A stretch of DNA of 64,000 nt from an uncultured delta proteobacterium (GTDB taxonomy: Bacteria; Myxococcota_A; Polyangia; Polyangiales; Polyangiaceae). Numbering within the stretch: position 1 is the first letter of the stretch; every line of letters begins with the position of its first letter. Under the pieces are notes generated by a model. It did no database searches. It was not told the DNA's origin and saw only the letters and a program-made list of their open reading frames with translations. A program made the position numbers and the translations under genes. Below are positions 40,452 through 48,999 of this stretch, piece after piece. The stretch is taken from positions 544,001-608,000 of the forward strand of contig CAWJCS010000005.1 of assembly GCA_963841435.1 (NCBI GenBank), in the 5' to 3' direction.

Positions 40452-41159
40452 CTACGTCCCGTCCCCGACCGCGGACAATGGGGTCTCGGCGAACCGATAG
40501 CCCACCCCACGCACGGTCTCGATGTAATCCCGGGCAGCCCCCATCTTTTCCCGCAGACGCTTGACGTGGGCGTCGACCGTGCGGGTTGCGATCTTCGTGT
40601 CCATCCCCCAGACGTGGTCGAGGAGCGCGCCCCGCGACTGAACACGGTTTCGCCGATCATAGAGAGTGACGAGCAGCTTGAACTCGAGCGCCGTGAGCTC
40701 GACCTCCGCCCCTTGCACCCAAACCCGGTGGGCGTCGCGATCCATCCTGAGGGTTCCGAAATCGATCACGCTCGACTCGGGCGGCCTCACCTCGTTACGG
40801 CGCAAGGTCGCGCGGATGCGGAGCACGAGCTCGCGGACGCTGAAAGGTTTCGTAACGTAGTCGTCGGCCCCCAGCTCGAACCCGACGACGCGGTCTATTT
40901 CCTCCCCCCGTGCCGTGAGCATGATGATGGGGGTGGCGCGCATCGACACATCGTCCTTGATGGCGCGGCACACCTCGGTCCCCGAAATGTCGGGAAGCAT
41001 CAGATCCAAAAGCACGAGATCGGGCCTCTCCTGCCGCGCCAACCTGAGGCCGTCCTGGCCACGCCCGGCGGAAACCACCTCGTGACCGGCCGTCCTCAAA
41101 TTGTGGTCGAGGATCTGCCGAATGTCCGATTCGTCTTCGATCACGAGAATGCGGGCCAT
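40452..41159 (-). CDS. phoB: OmpR/PhoB-family response regulator (copy 1)
   Basis: ILVIEDE, LLDLMLP, GADDYVTKPFS and TRTVDAHVKRLREK; GGAGG RBS. Confidence 0.88.
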   Translation of the reverse strand: MARILVIEDESDIRQILDHNLRTAGHEVVSAGRGQDGLRLARQERPDLVLLDLMLPDISGTEVCRAIKDDVSMRATPIIMLTARGEEIDRVVGFELGADDYVTKPFSVRELVLRIRATLRRNEVRPPESSVIDFGTLRMDRDAHRVWVQGAEVELTALEFKLLVTLYDRRNRVQSRGALLDHVWGMDTKIATRTVDAHVKRLREKMGAARDYIETVRGVGYRFAETPLSAVGDGT

Positions 41160-41184
41160 CCGCCCGCCTCGATATCGTTCGGCT

Positions 41185-41211
41185 GTGACCGCCCGGTGAC
41201 GACTTAGTGCC
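41185..41211 (-). promoter_or_regulatory. Pho-box-like repeat upstream of phoB copy 1
   Basis: The plus strand has GTGAC at 41185 and 41196 and GTGCC at 41207, i.e. GGCAC/GTCAC/GTCAC at an 11-bp period on the minus strand. Confidence 0.7.
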
Positions 41212-41263
41212 AGTCAACGAACTCTCTTCACACGGAAAAGCCGCTCTGTTGCCGTGGCGTTGC

Positions 41264-41334
41264 GTCATCGATCCATCACGGAGCCGCCATGTGACAGTCA
41301 TGGTGTTTTTGCCGGCGAGTCACCGAACCGTCAC
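41264..41334 (+). promoter_or_regulatory. Extended Pho-box-like array upstream of tonB
   Basis: GTCAT 41264, ATCAC 41275, GCCAT 41286, GTCAT 41297, (TTTGC 41308), GTCAC 41319 and GTCAC 41330, all in one 11-bp register. Confidence 0.75.
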
Positions 41335-41366
41335 GGATCACCCCCATGCTCCCGTCCGGCTCGCCC

Positions 41367-42085
41367 ATGGACTTCGATACCTGGACCGTCCACCGCGTTG
41401 ACACGCTCCGCCTCCGACGACTGCTCGTCGGCTCCGTGCTGGGATCGTTCATGGTGGTCGCGGGGCTCGCCTTCGTGATCCTTACGAGCAAGGGCGCGGC
41501 CGCGGAAGAAGAAGAGGACGAGGGTCCGATCGAGGTCGCGCTCGCCGAGGCGCCCGAGCCGGAGCCGCCGCCGCCTCCTCCGCCCCCCGCCGCCGACAAG
41601 CCGAAGCCCGCACCGAAGCCGCGCATGGCCTCTCCCATGGCCGTGCCCGACGACAAGCCGGCCGAGAAGATCCGACGCCCGCCCAGATGCTCCCCGAGGT
41701 CGAGGAGGATGAGCACGAAGCGGCGCCCGCCGTCGCGAGCAGCGCACCGCCTCCGCCGCCTCCTCCACCCAGGCCGAAGCCCAAGCCGCAGATCAAGAAG
41801 CCCGTGCGGCTGACCGAGGACATGCCGCGTCCGGTGCAGACGCTGATGAAGACGCCGGAGTACCCGCCATCCGCCAAGGCGGCCGGCATCGAGGGCGTCG
41901 TGATCGTCAAGTACGTCGTGGGCGAGGACGGCTCCGTGCGCGACGCCAAGGTGCTCAAAGGCCCGGACGAGCTCAGGGAAGCCTGCCTCGTCGCCGTCCG
42001 GAGCTGGCATTTCCAGCCCATGATCGTCGATGGCGCACCGATCGCCTTCGTGAAGATCGCGCGTTTCCCGTTCCGCATCCGCTGA
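41367..42085 (+). CDS. tonB: Energy transducer TonB, split by a 1-nt deletion near 41669
   Basis: N-terminal TM and Pro/Glu/Lys-rich linker (frame of 41346..41813). TonB_C domain YPPSAKAAGIEGVV..W.FQP lies in frame 41687..42085. Adding one G to gagaagatccg gives EKDPTPAQMLPE and joins them. Confidence 0.85.
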
Positions 42086-42112
42086 GACAAGAGAGCAACA
42101 GGAGAGCCTAGA

Positions 42113-42814
42113 ATGTCGTTCAATCTCGTTCACATTTTTTCGACGATGTCCCCTCTCAGCAAGGGCATCTTCGTCATCCTGCTCTTGATGGCGGTGCTGT
42201 GCATCGGCGTCACCGTCGAGCGCTGGATCTCGTTCCGCAAGTCGGCCAAAGAATCTCGGCTCTTCGCGCAGGGCGCCTCGCCGCTCATCGACGAGTGGAA
42301 GGTCGACGAGGTCGAGGCGCTCGCCAGGAAGTACCAGGGCTCGGCGCTCGCGCGTCTGTTTCAGGCCACCATCGAGCGCTACATCCGGGGCTTCGAAGGT
42401 CTCGAGGGGGCGCTCACGCCGGTCGAGCTCGCGCGCAACGAGTCCGAGCGCAAGAAGGAGCAGCTTGCCGCCGAGCTTCGCCGCGGCATGAGCATCGTCG
42501 CGACGGTCGGTTCGATCGCGCCGTTCGTCGGTCTGCTCGGAACGGTGGTCGGCATCATCGCCGCGTTCCAGGGCATCGGGGCCTCGGGCTCGGGCGGCAT
42601 CGGTGCGGTGTCGGCCGGCATCGCCGAGGCGCTCGTCGAAACCGCGTTCGGCCTCATGGTCGCCATCCCCGCCGTCATCATGTTCAACTACCTGACCGGT
42701 CGTGTGGCCGGCATCGAGCTCGCGCTCGGCCGTTCGATCGGCGAGCTGCTCGACGAGATGGAGACCCACCAAGGTCGGTCGGCGAAGAAGGAAGGCAAGG
42801 CCGCCGCCGCGTGA
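42113..42814 (+). CDS. exbB: MotA/TolQ/ExbB proton channel protein
   Basis: ATVGSIAPFVGLLGTVVGII, GIAEALVETAFGL and AIPAV; GGAG RBS. Confidence 0.9.
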   Translation: MSFNLVHIFSTMSPLSKGIFVILLLMAVLCIGVTVERWISFRKSAKESRLFAQGASPLIDEWKVDEVEALARKYQGSALARLFQATIERYIRGFEGLEGALTPVELARNESERKKEQLAAELRRGMSIVATVGSIAPFVGLLGTVVGIIAAFQGIGASGSGGIGAVSAGIAEALVETAFGLMVAIPAVIMFNYLTGRVAGIELALGRSIGELLDEMETHQGRSAKKEGKAAAA

Positions 42815-42850
42815 GGCGCCGGCACGCCCCTCTTCGAAACGAGAAGCAGC

Positions 42851-43270
42851 ATGGCAGGCGCTAGGGTCTCACCGTCCAAGGTCGTCTCGAACCCGGAGAT
42901 CAACATCACGCCCCTCGTGGACGTGTGCCTGGTGCTGCTCATCATCTTCATGGTGATTGCCCCCGCACTGAGCGAGGGCGCTATGCTGGAGCTGCCGAAG
43001 TCGGTCACCGCGGATCCGAAGCCCAAGGACGTAAACCCGATCGAGCTCGCGATCGGCACGGACGGGGTCATCGTGCTCGACAAGCAGCACGTTCAGCGCG
43101 CGGAGCTAAAGCCCAGGGTCCAGACGATGCACGACGCCGAACCCAAGCGCGCGTTGATGCTGAAGCTCGACCACAACGCCCCGTACAAGCAAGTGCGCGA
43201 GCTCTTCGGCATGCTGCAAGAGGTCGGATTTCAAGGCATTTTGCTCAAAGTAAGCGACAAGAAGGAGTAG
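42851..43270 (+). CDS. exbD: ExbD/TolR family protein (copy 1)
   Basis: EINITPLVDVCLVLLIIFMV, which retains the conserved TM Asp. Confidence 0.9.
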   Translation: MAGARVSPSKVVSNPEINITPLVDVCLVLLIIFMVIAPALSEGAMLELPKSVTADPKPKDVNPIELAIGTDGVIVLDKQHVQRAELKPRVQTMHDAEPKRALMLKLDHNAPYKQVRELFGMLQEVGFQGILLKVSDKKE

Positions 43271-43277
43271 TGGCGCC

Positions 43278-43706
43278 ATGGCGATGACCCCGGCCGATTC
43301 CGGCGGCCCGAAGAAGCGGCCGAATCCCGTGATCAACATCACGCCGCTCGTCAACGTGGTGCTCGTCGTGCTCATCATCTTCATGATTGTCACCACGATG
43401 ATGACCCGCACGCTCTCGCTGCACATTCCGAAGTCCGAGAAGAAGGAAGACCCGAGCGAGATCGACGTGAAGCCCGTGGTCCTCACGATCGACAAGAAGG
43501 GCGTCATCCGCGCGAACCAGACCGTGCTCACGAAGCAAGAGGTCAAGGAGCGCGTGATCCGCATGATGGCCGCCAAGGATCAGCGGACGCTCTTCTTCGA
43601 TGCCCACGACGAAGCGACCTATGCCCAGGCCGTCGAGGTCATCGACCTCGTGCGCGCGGGCGGCGTGAAGTCGATCGCGATGCTCACCGAGAACGTCGCC
43701 AAATAG
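43278..43706 (+). CDS. exbD: ExbD/TolR family protein (copy 2; TM Asp replaced by Asn)
   Basis: INITPLVNVVLVVLIIFMI; AAGGAG RBS. Confidence 0.88.
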   Translation: MAMTPADSGGPKKRPNPVINITPLVNVVLVVLIIFMIVTTMMTRTLSLHIPKSEKKEDPSEIDVKPVVLTIDKKGVIRANQTVLTKQEVKERVIRMMAAKDQRTLFFDAHDEATYAQAVEVIDLVRAGGVKSIAMLTENVAK

Positions 43707-43747
43707 GGCGACCGGCCGTTCGGGAGCGAGCGGCGGCGGGACGCTCA

Positions 43748-43796
43748 GGCATCAGGTCGCCACCGGCAATTTGCGTGTCCTTCACAGGGACGTCAC
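43748..43796 (+). promoter_or_regulatory. Pho-box-like array upstream of the TonB-dependent receptor
   Basis: GGCAT 43748, GCCAC 43759, (TTTGC 43770), TTCAC 43781 and GTCAC 43792 in an 11-bp register. Confidence 0.6.
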
Positions 43797-43826
43797 GAAA
43801 CCTTTGCACGGTGCGGGCGCCGCGCC

Positions 43827-46800
43827 ATGCATACCTTCCGACGCTTCCGCATTACTTTCGGCGTTCTCGCCGTCGTCGTTCCCCTTCGTCCCGCGTTCGC
43901 CCAGGCGCCCGCCGCACCGAAAGCACCCGCTCCCGCAGCGCCTTCGACGCCCTCACCGCCGAGCGCACCTGCAGCGCCGGCGCCGTCCCCTGCGCCCGCT
44001 CCGAGCGCACCCGCTGCGCCGGCAGCACCGTCCGACGACGACGACATGGACGAGGGCGACGAAGGCGACGAGGTCGCGCCCGAGGGCAGCGCCGCGCCGG
44101 ACGAAGCGACCGAAAGCGCAGGCACCGAGGCCGGAGCCGACGAAGGCGACGACCTCGGCGACGAGGATCTCGGCGAAGAGAACCCGGGCCGCCCGCCACC
44201 CAAGGGCAAGGGTGTCGTGTGGGGTAACGTCAAGGACACCGAGGGCGAGCTCATCGAAGCGCCGGTGCAGGTGCTGGGCACCAAGACGACGGTGGTCACC
44301 GATCTCGAAGGCCGCTACCGCCTCGAGCTTCCGCCCGGCACCTACAGCCTGCGCATCTCGTACGAGCTTCACAAGTCGGTGCGTTTCGACAAGGTCGTCG
44401 TCAAGGCCGGCAAGGTGCAGCGGCTCGACACCCAGCTACTCTCCGACGAAGAAGCCGTCGACGTCATCGAGGTCGTGGTGGACGCCGATCGCAGCACCGT
44501 CGAAGGGACGCTCCTCGCGCGCCAGAAGGCGACCGCCGTGGGTGACAGCGTGGGCCGCGCGGAGATTTCGAAGACGCCCGCGGCGAACGCCGCGCAGGCG
44601 GCCGAGCGCGTGCCGGGTGCCACGATCATCGGCAACCGCTTCGTCTACGTGCGCGGCCTCGGCGAGCGCTACACGAACTCGCTGTTGAACGGCGCACCGC
44701 TGCCGAGCCCCGAGCCCGACCGCGCCGCCATCCCGCTCGACGTGTTCCCGTCGCTCATCATCGACAGCCTGTCGATCGTGAAGACCTTCACGCCCGACGT
44801 GCCTGGCGACTTCGCGGGCGGCTCCGTGCGCATCCAGACGCGCGAGCTGCCGACCAAGCCCTTGCTGCAAGCTTCCGTCGGCCTCGGCTACGACGACAAG
44901 GCGACGTTCCGACGCCGCCTCGCCCAGCGCGGCAGCGGCACCGACTGGCTCGGCTTCGACGATGGCACGCGCGACCTGCCGGAGGGTCTCAAGGGTAAGG
45001 CCGGTCTCAGCGAAGCGCAGTTGGAGGCGAACGCGCAGGGGATCAACTCCTACATGTCGGCGCTCCGTCAGGCATCACCGCCCAACTATTCGCTGAGCGC
45101 TGTCGCCGGTAATGGCTGGGCGTTCCCGAACGACCAACGGGTCGGTGCGCTCGTCACCGCGAACTACGGTCGGAGCTTCACCAACATCAACGATGCCATC
45201 ATTCGCTCGTACATTCCGCAAAACGGCATCGACTACGGCGTGCAATACGGCGCCGACAAGGTGAGCTGGGGAAGCCTCGCGAGCGTCAGCTACTGGCCCT
45301 CGGCAAACCATCGGCTATCGCTGCTCGGGCTGCACACGCAACTCGCCGACTCGACGGCGCAGATCGTCCAAGGGTACAGCGAAGAACGATCTGGCATCAT
45401 TGCTGACGCGGGCTTGCGCTACGTCAGCCGTGCTCTCAATTTCGGCCAGCTTCGAGGAGAGCACGACTTCCCCGCGCTAGCGAGAGCACGCTTGGAGTGG
45501 AACGGCGCACTCTCGCGCGCGGATCGAAACGAGCCAGACACTCGCCACGCGGTCGTGCAAAAAGATGCGAGCGACCCGACATCCCTCTTCGCCAACGTCA
45601 CGACCCCGGAAAGCGGATCCCACCTGCACGCGGAACAATACGAGGTGAGCCGAGGCGCGGGCCTCGACTGGACGCAGCCGTTCTCCAGAGATCCGGAAGC
45701 CTCGAAGGCCAAGTTCGGCGGTATCATCAGCGTCAAGTCTCGCAGGTTCGAGCAGAAACGATTTCACCTCGAGCCGAACGGCCTGCCTTTTCTTTGCGGG
45801 GTCAACTACGCCCGGAACTGCCCGGATACGATCTACACGCCCGAAAACATCGACAACCAGCGACTCCTGCTGTCCGAAGACACCCGCCCGGAAGACGCCT
45901 ACAGGGCATCCCTCAACGTCTATGGTGCCTACGCGATGGTGGATGTGCCATTGGCGAAGGACTTACGCGCGATCGGCGGCGCCAGGCTCGAAGTGACGGA
46001 TCAACGGCTGGAGCCCTATACGCAGTTCGACACGGGGCCGAATCCGCCGGGAGTCACCCTCAAGCAAAACAACTGGTTGCCCGCGATCTCCCTCGTCTTT
46101 TCACCCACCAAGAAGACCAAGGTCCGTGTGGCGGCAGCGCGCACGCTCGCCCGGCCCCAGCTGCGAGAGCTCGCACCGTACGCGTTCGCGCAGTTCGTCG
46201 GCGCCATGCCTTTTGCCGGCAACCCCAACCTGCAGATCACCCGCATCAACAACTTCGATACCCGATTCGAGTTTTATCCGAGCCTGCGTGAGGTGCTCGC
46301 GTTCAGCTTCTTTTACAAGACCTTCAAAGACCCGATCGAGTACGTCGTGTTTCCTTCGGGTCGCGGCATCCTGAAGCCTGAAAATTCGCCGGGCGCGACG
46401 CTCGCCGGGGTCGAGTTCGAGGCGAGGAAATCACTCGGAGACTTGGCTCCCGTGCTGAAAGACTTCAGCGCGATCGCGAATTTGACCCTCGCGAGGTCCG
46501 CGATCCGAATCCAACGCCAGATCGAGGGTGATCTGAACAACCAGGTGACGAGCCTCGACCGACCGATGGTCAACCAGGCCCCCTTCGTCGTGAACTTCGC
46601 CGTCGATTACGCGAACGAGGCGAGCGGTTTCGGCGTGAGAGCACTCTACAACGTCGTCGGCAGGCGAATCGTCGAGGTCGGAAGCAACGGTTTCCCCGAC
46701 GCATACCAGCAACCGCGGCATGTGCTCGATCTCACCCTGAGCGAAGACTTCGCCAAGCACTGGCAGGTAAAGCTCAATGCCACCAACCTTTTCGGATCGG

Positions 46801-46937
46801 ACACGCGCGTGACGTACGGTCCGGAGAACAACGATGAGCACATCGCAAGGCTGCACAACGTCGCCCAGACCGGCGGCGAAACCGGCTTCTTTGCGGACAG
46901 CCGCGTGTTTACTCTGTCAGGAGCCTTCACGTACTGA
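43827..46937 (+). CDS. TonB-dependent receptor with a Pro/Ala-rich then acidic N-terminal extension and a carboxypeptidase-regulatory-like domain
   Basis: Signal peptide ending AFA|Q. Plug RVPGATI...FVYVRGLGERY..LLNG.PLPSPEPDR. Barrel motifs TLARPQLRELAP, GNPNL and FYK.FKDPIE, ending in GAFTY. Confidence 0.92.
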   Translation: MHTFRRFRITFGVLAVVVPLRPAFAQAPAAPKAPAPAAPSTPSPPSAPAAPAPSPAPAPSAPAAPAAPSDDDDMDEGDEGDEVAPEGSAAPDEATESAGTEAGADEGDDLGDEDLGEENPGRPPPKGKGVVWGNVKDTEGELIEAPVQVLGTKTTVVTDLEGRYRLELPPGTYSLRISYELHKSVRFDKVVVKAGKVQRLDTQLLSDEEAVDVIEVVVDADRSTVEGTLLARQKATAVGDSVGRAEISKTPAANAAQAAERVPGATIIGNRFVYVRGLGERYTNSLLNGAPLPSPEPDRAAIPLDVFPSLIIDSLSIVKTFTPDVPGDFAGGSVRIQTRELPTKPLLQASVGLGYDDKATFRRRLAQRGSGTDWLGFDDGTRDLPEGLKGKAGLSEAQLEANAQGINSYMSALRQASPPNYSLSAVAGNGWAFPNDQRVGALVTANYGRSFTNINDAIIRSYIPQNGIDYGVQYGADKVSWGSLASVSYWPSANHRLSLLGLHTQLADSTAQIVQGYSEERSGIIADAGLRYVSRALNFGQLRGEHDFPALARARLEWNGALSRADRNEPDTRHAVVQKDASDPTSLFANVTTPESGSHLHAEQYEVSRGAGLDWTQPFSRDPEASKAKFGGIISVKSRRFEQKRFHLEPNGLPFLCGVNYARNCPDTIYTPENIDNQRLLLSEDTRPEDAYRASLNVYGAYAMVDVPLAKDLRAIGGARLEVTDQRLEPYTQFDTGPNPPGVTLKQNNWLPAISLVFSPTKKTKVRVAAARTLARPQLRELAPYAFAQFVGAMPFAGNPNLQITRINNFDTRFEFYPSLREVLAFSFFYKTFKDPIEYVVFPSGRGILKPENSPGATLAGVEFEARKSLGDLAPVLKDFSAIANLTLARSAIRIQRQIEGDLNNQVTSLDRPMVNQAPFVVNFAVDYANEASGFGVRALYNVVGRRIVEVGSNGFPDAYQQPRHVLDLTLSEDFAKHWQVKLNATNLFGSDTRVTYGPENNDEHIARLHNVAQTGGETGFFADSRVFTLSGAFTY

Positions 46938-46998
46938 TGCAACGCCGGCCACGGGTTGAGGCGTTCCTCACCAATTGGGCGTGAAATCGTCGAACGCC

Positions 46999-47047
46999 GA
47001 CATCGATTAGTCATGGAAAAGTTACCGATGATGCACTCGGAGTCCAT
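46999..47047 (+). promoter_or_regulatory. Pho-box-like array upstream of the beta-helix lipoprotein
   Basis: GACAT 46999, GTCAT 47010, GTTAC 47021, TGCAC 47032 and TCCAT 47043 in an 11-bp register; strong AAGGAGG RBS at 47094-47100. Confidence 0.6.
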
Positions 47048-47108
47048 GAGTGAGCCGCTATGGTCCCCCGGTTCCAAGGATCCCTTGATCCCCAAGGAGG
47101 AAATATAG

Positions 47109-48791
47109 ATGACCAAGCTTCGTTCTAGTGCGCTGATGGCGTGCCTCTTAGGATTCGCAGCAGCAACGGCATGCGGAGGCGACGACAGCCCGCCCGCAAA
47201 CACCGCTGGCAAGGGCGGCACCGGCGGTTCGACCGGCGGCAAGGGCGGCTCGGGCGGTTCGACCGGCGGCAAAGGCGGCACGAGCGGCGCGGGCGGTTCG
47301 ACGGGCGGCACCTCCAGCGGCGGCAAGGGCGGCTCGACGGGCGGCACCTCCAGCGGCGGCAAGGGCGGCTCGGGCACCGGTGGTTCGACCGGCGGAACGG
47401 GCACCGGCGGCTCTGGTAACGAAGGTGGCATGCCGGAAGGCGGCACTGGCAACGAGGGCGGCGGGGGCAACGTCAGCGGCTGCACCATCTACGACTCCGC
47501 CCGCGAGGTCATGGACATCCCGACCGACGTCGATAGCAACGTGGACTTCGGCAGCGCGGACGAGATGACACTGACCAGCGACAAGACCTGGCGCATCAGC
47601 GGCCGCATTTACGTGCCCGATGGCAAGACGCTCAACATCGACGCCTGCACGCTGATCGTGGCGACGGGCAAACCGAACGCGGGTTCCCTCTTCGTCATGC
47701 GCGGCGGGAAGCTCAACGCCGTGGGCACGCCCGATGAGCCGATCGTGTTTTCGAGTGAGGACTACCATTACCACTCGAACGCCCGCTGGGGCGGCGTCGT
47801 CCTGCTCGGCAAGGCGCCGATCGCTCCGACGCCGACGGACATCACCAATGCGACCACGCCTCAGCGCGTCTTCGAAGGTATCGAGGATACGCGTGCTACC
47901 TACGGCGGTGATGACCCCGAGGACGACAGCGGCACTCTGCAATACGCCCGGATCGAGTACGGCGGTGACATCATCGTGGCCGACAAGGAGGTCAATGGCC
48001 TGACGCTCGGTGGCGTGGGGCGCGGTACCACGGTCAACCACGTGATGATCAAGCGCCAAGGTGACGACTGCATCGAGTTCTTCGGCGGCACCGCGGACGT
48101 CGACCATCTCATCTGCGAGAACACCGGCGACGACATGTTCGACACGGATGAAGGGTACACGGGCCACCTCCAGTTCCTGTTCGGTCGCCTCACGACGACC
48201 GGCACGTCCAGTGACCCCAACGGCTTCGAATGGGACGGCAACCAGCAGTGGGGGACGTTCACCCCGGCAGGCGTGGATGCACACGGAGGTACGCCGCACG
48301 CCTCGAACGCCACGCTCTGTGGCCTGGGCTCGTCGGCCGGCGTTTCGGCCCACGGTGCGGTCCTCCGACGGAACTTCGATTCCGCCGGTGGGACCTTGGT
48401 CCGCAACACCATCATCACCGGCTTCGACGACGGCTACGACGTTCGCGACGATGAGGGGGCAACCACGGCCGCGTACTTCGGTTTGGATCACAGCCTGTTC
48501 TTCGACAACTTCAAGAGCAACGTCGCGCCCGTGGAAGTCGACCCCGGGAACGATTTCGGCTTCGATGAGCTGGCCTTCTTCGCCGATGCAGCCAACAGCA
48601 ACGATACGACGAAGCCGGCTGGGTTCGACTGCTACACCAATCCGCCCCATCCCTTCCCGGACACTACCGTTGACGGCGCAGCGGCGGGAGACGGGTTCAA
48701 GACACCGACGGCCGACTACGTGGGCGCGTTCAAGGACGCCAGCGACAACTGGATGACCGGCGCCTGGGTGGACTGGTCGAGCGGCAGCTGA
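47109..48791 (+). CDS. Acidic beta-helix lipoprotein of a family typically encoded beside TonB-dependent receptors
   Basis: Lipobox ATAC and a Gly linker, followed by WGGVVLLGKAP, YGG....DDSGTLQYARIEYGG, NGLTLGGVG.GT, DDCIEFFGGT, DDMFDTDEGY.G..QF and a W..GW tail. Confidence 0.8.
   Translation: MTKLRSSALMACLLGFAAATACGGDDSPPANTAGKGGTGGSTGGKGGSGGSTGGKGGTSGAGGSTGGTSSGGKGGSTGGTSSGGKGGSGTGGSTGGTGTGGSGNEGGMPEGGTGNEGGGGNVSGCTIYDSAREVMDIPTDVDSNVDFGSADEMTLTSDKTWRISGRIYVPDGKTLNIDACTLIVATGKPNAGSLFVMRGGKLNAVGTPDEPIVFSSEDYHYHSNARWGGVVLLGKAPIAPTPTDITNATTPQRVFEGIEDTRATYGGDDPEDDSGTLQYARIEYGGDIIVADKEVNGLTLGGVGRGTTVNHVMIKRQGDDCIEFFGGTADVDHLICENTGDDMFDTDEGYTGHLQFLFGRLTTTGTSSDPNGFEWDGNQQWGTFTPAGVDAHGGTPHASNATLCGLGSSAGVSAHGAVLRRNFDSAGGTLVRNTIITGFDDGYDVRDDEGATTAAYFGLDHSLFFDNFKSNVAPVEVDPGNDFGFDELAFFADAANSNDTTKPAGFDCYTNPPHPFPDTTVDGAAAGDGFKTPTADYVGAFKDASDNWMTGAWVDWSSGS
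47298..47372 (+). repeat. Perfect 36-bp tandem duplication in the Gly-rich linker
   Basis: tcgacgggcggcacctccagcggcggcaagggcggc occurs twice (STGGTSSGGKGG). Confidence 0.85.
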
Positions 48792-48833
48792 TTCCAGTCA
48801 CTGCCAAGCGCCCCTGATTCCAGCAGGGGCTGG

Positions 48834-48872
48834 AACGGGGCGGTCTTCACGGACCGCCCCGTTTCGCATTTT
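48834..48872 (+). terminator. Rho-independent terminator closing the tonB-TBDR-lipoprotein unit
   Basis: 12-bp stem aacggggcggtc / gaccgccccgtt with a 6-nt loop, followed by tcgcatttt. A second small hairpin lies at 48810-48830. Confidence 0.7.
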
Positions 48873-48999
48873 GTCGGCGAGCCGCTAAGCGCGGGGGCGG
48901 TCGGACCGCCCGCCCGCGAAATCCCGAGCCGGGTACGGCCGACTCCCGTCGCCGCTTTACACCGCCGAGCCGATCCTCGAAGGTCGGGGTCCTTCGCCA

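Noticed and set aside
41640-41700. Programmed frameshift in tonB
   Set aside because: No slippery heptamer or long homopolymer; same signature as the other probable sequencing indels.
47200-47420. Gly-linker repeats (also 14930-15230, 21230-21480, 28640-28820) as CRISPR or VNTR elements
   Set aside because: They are in-frame low-complexity coding repeats with no unique spacers and no cas genes.
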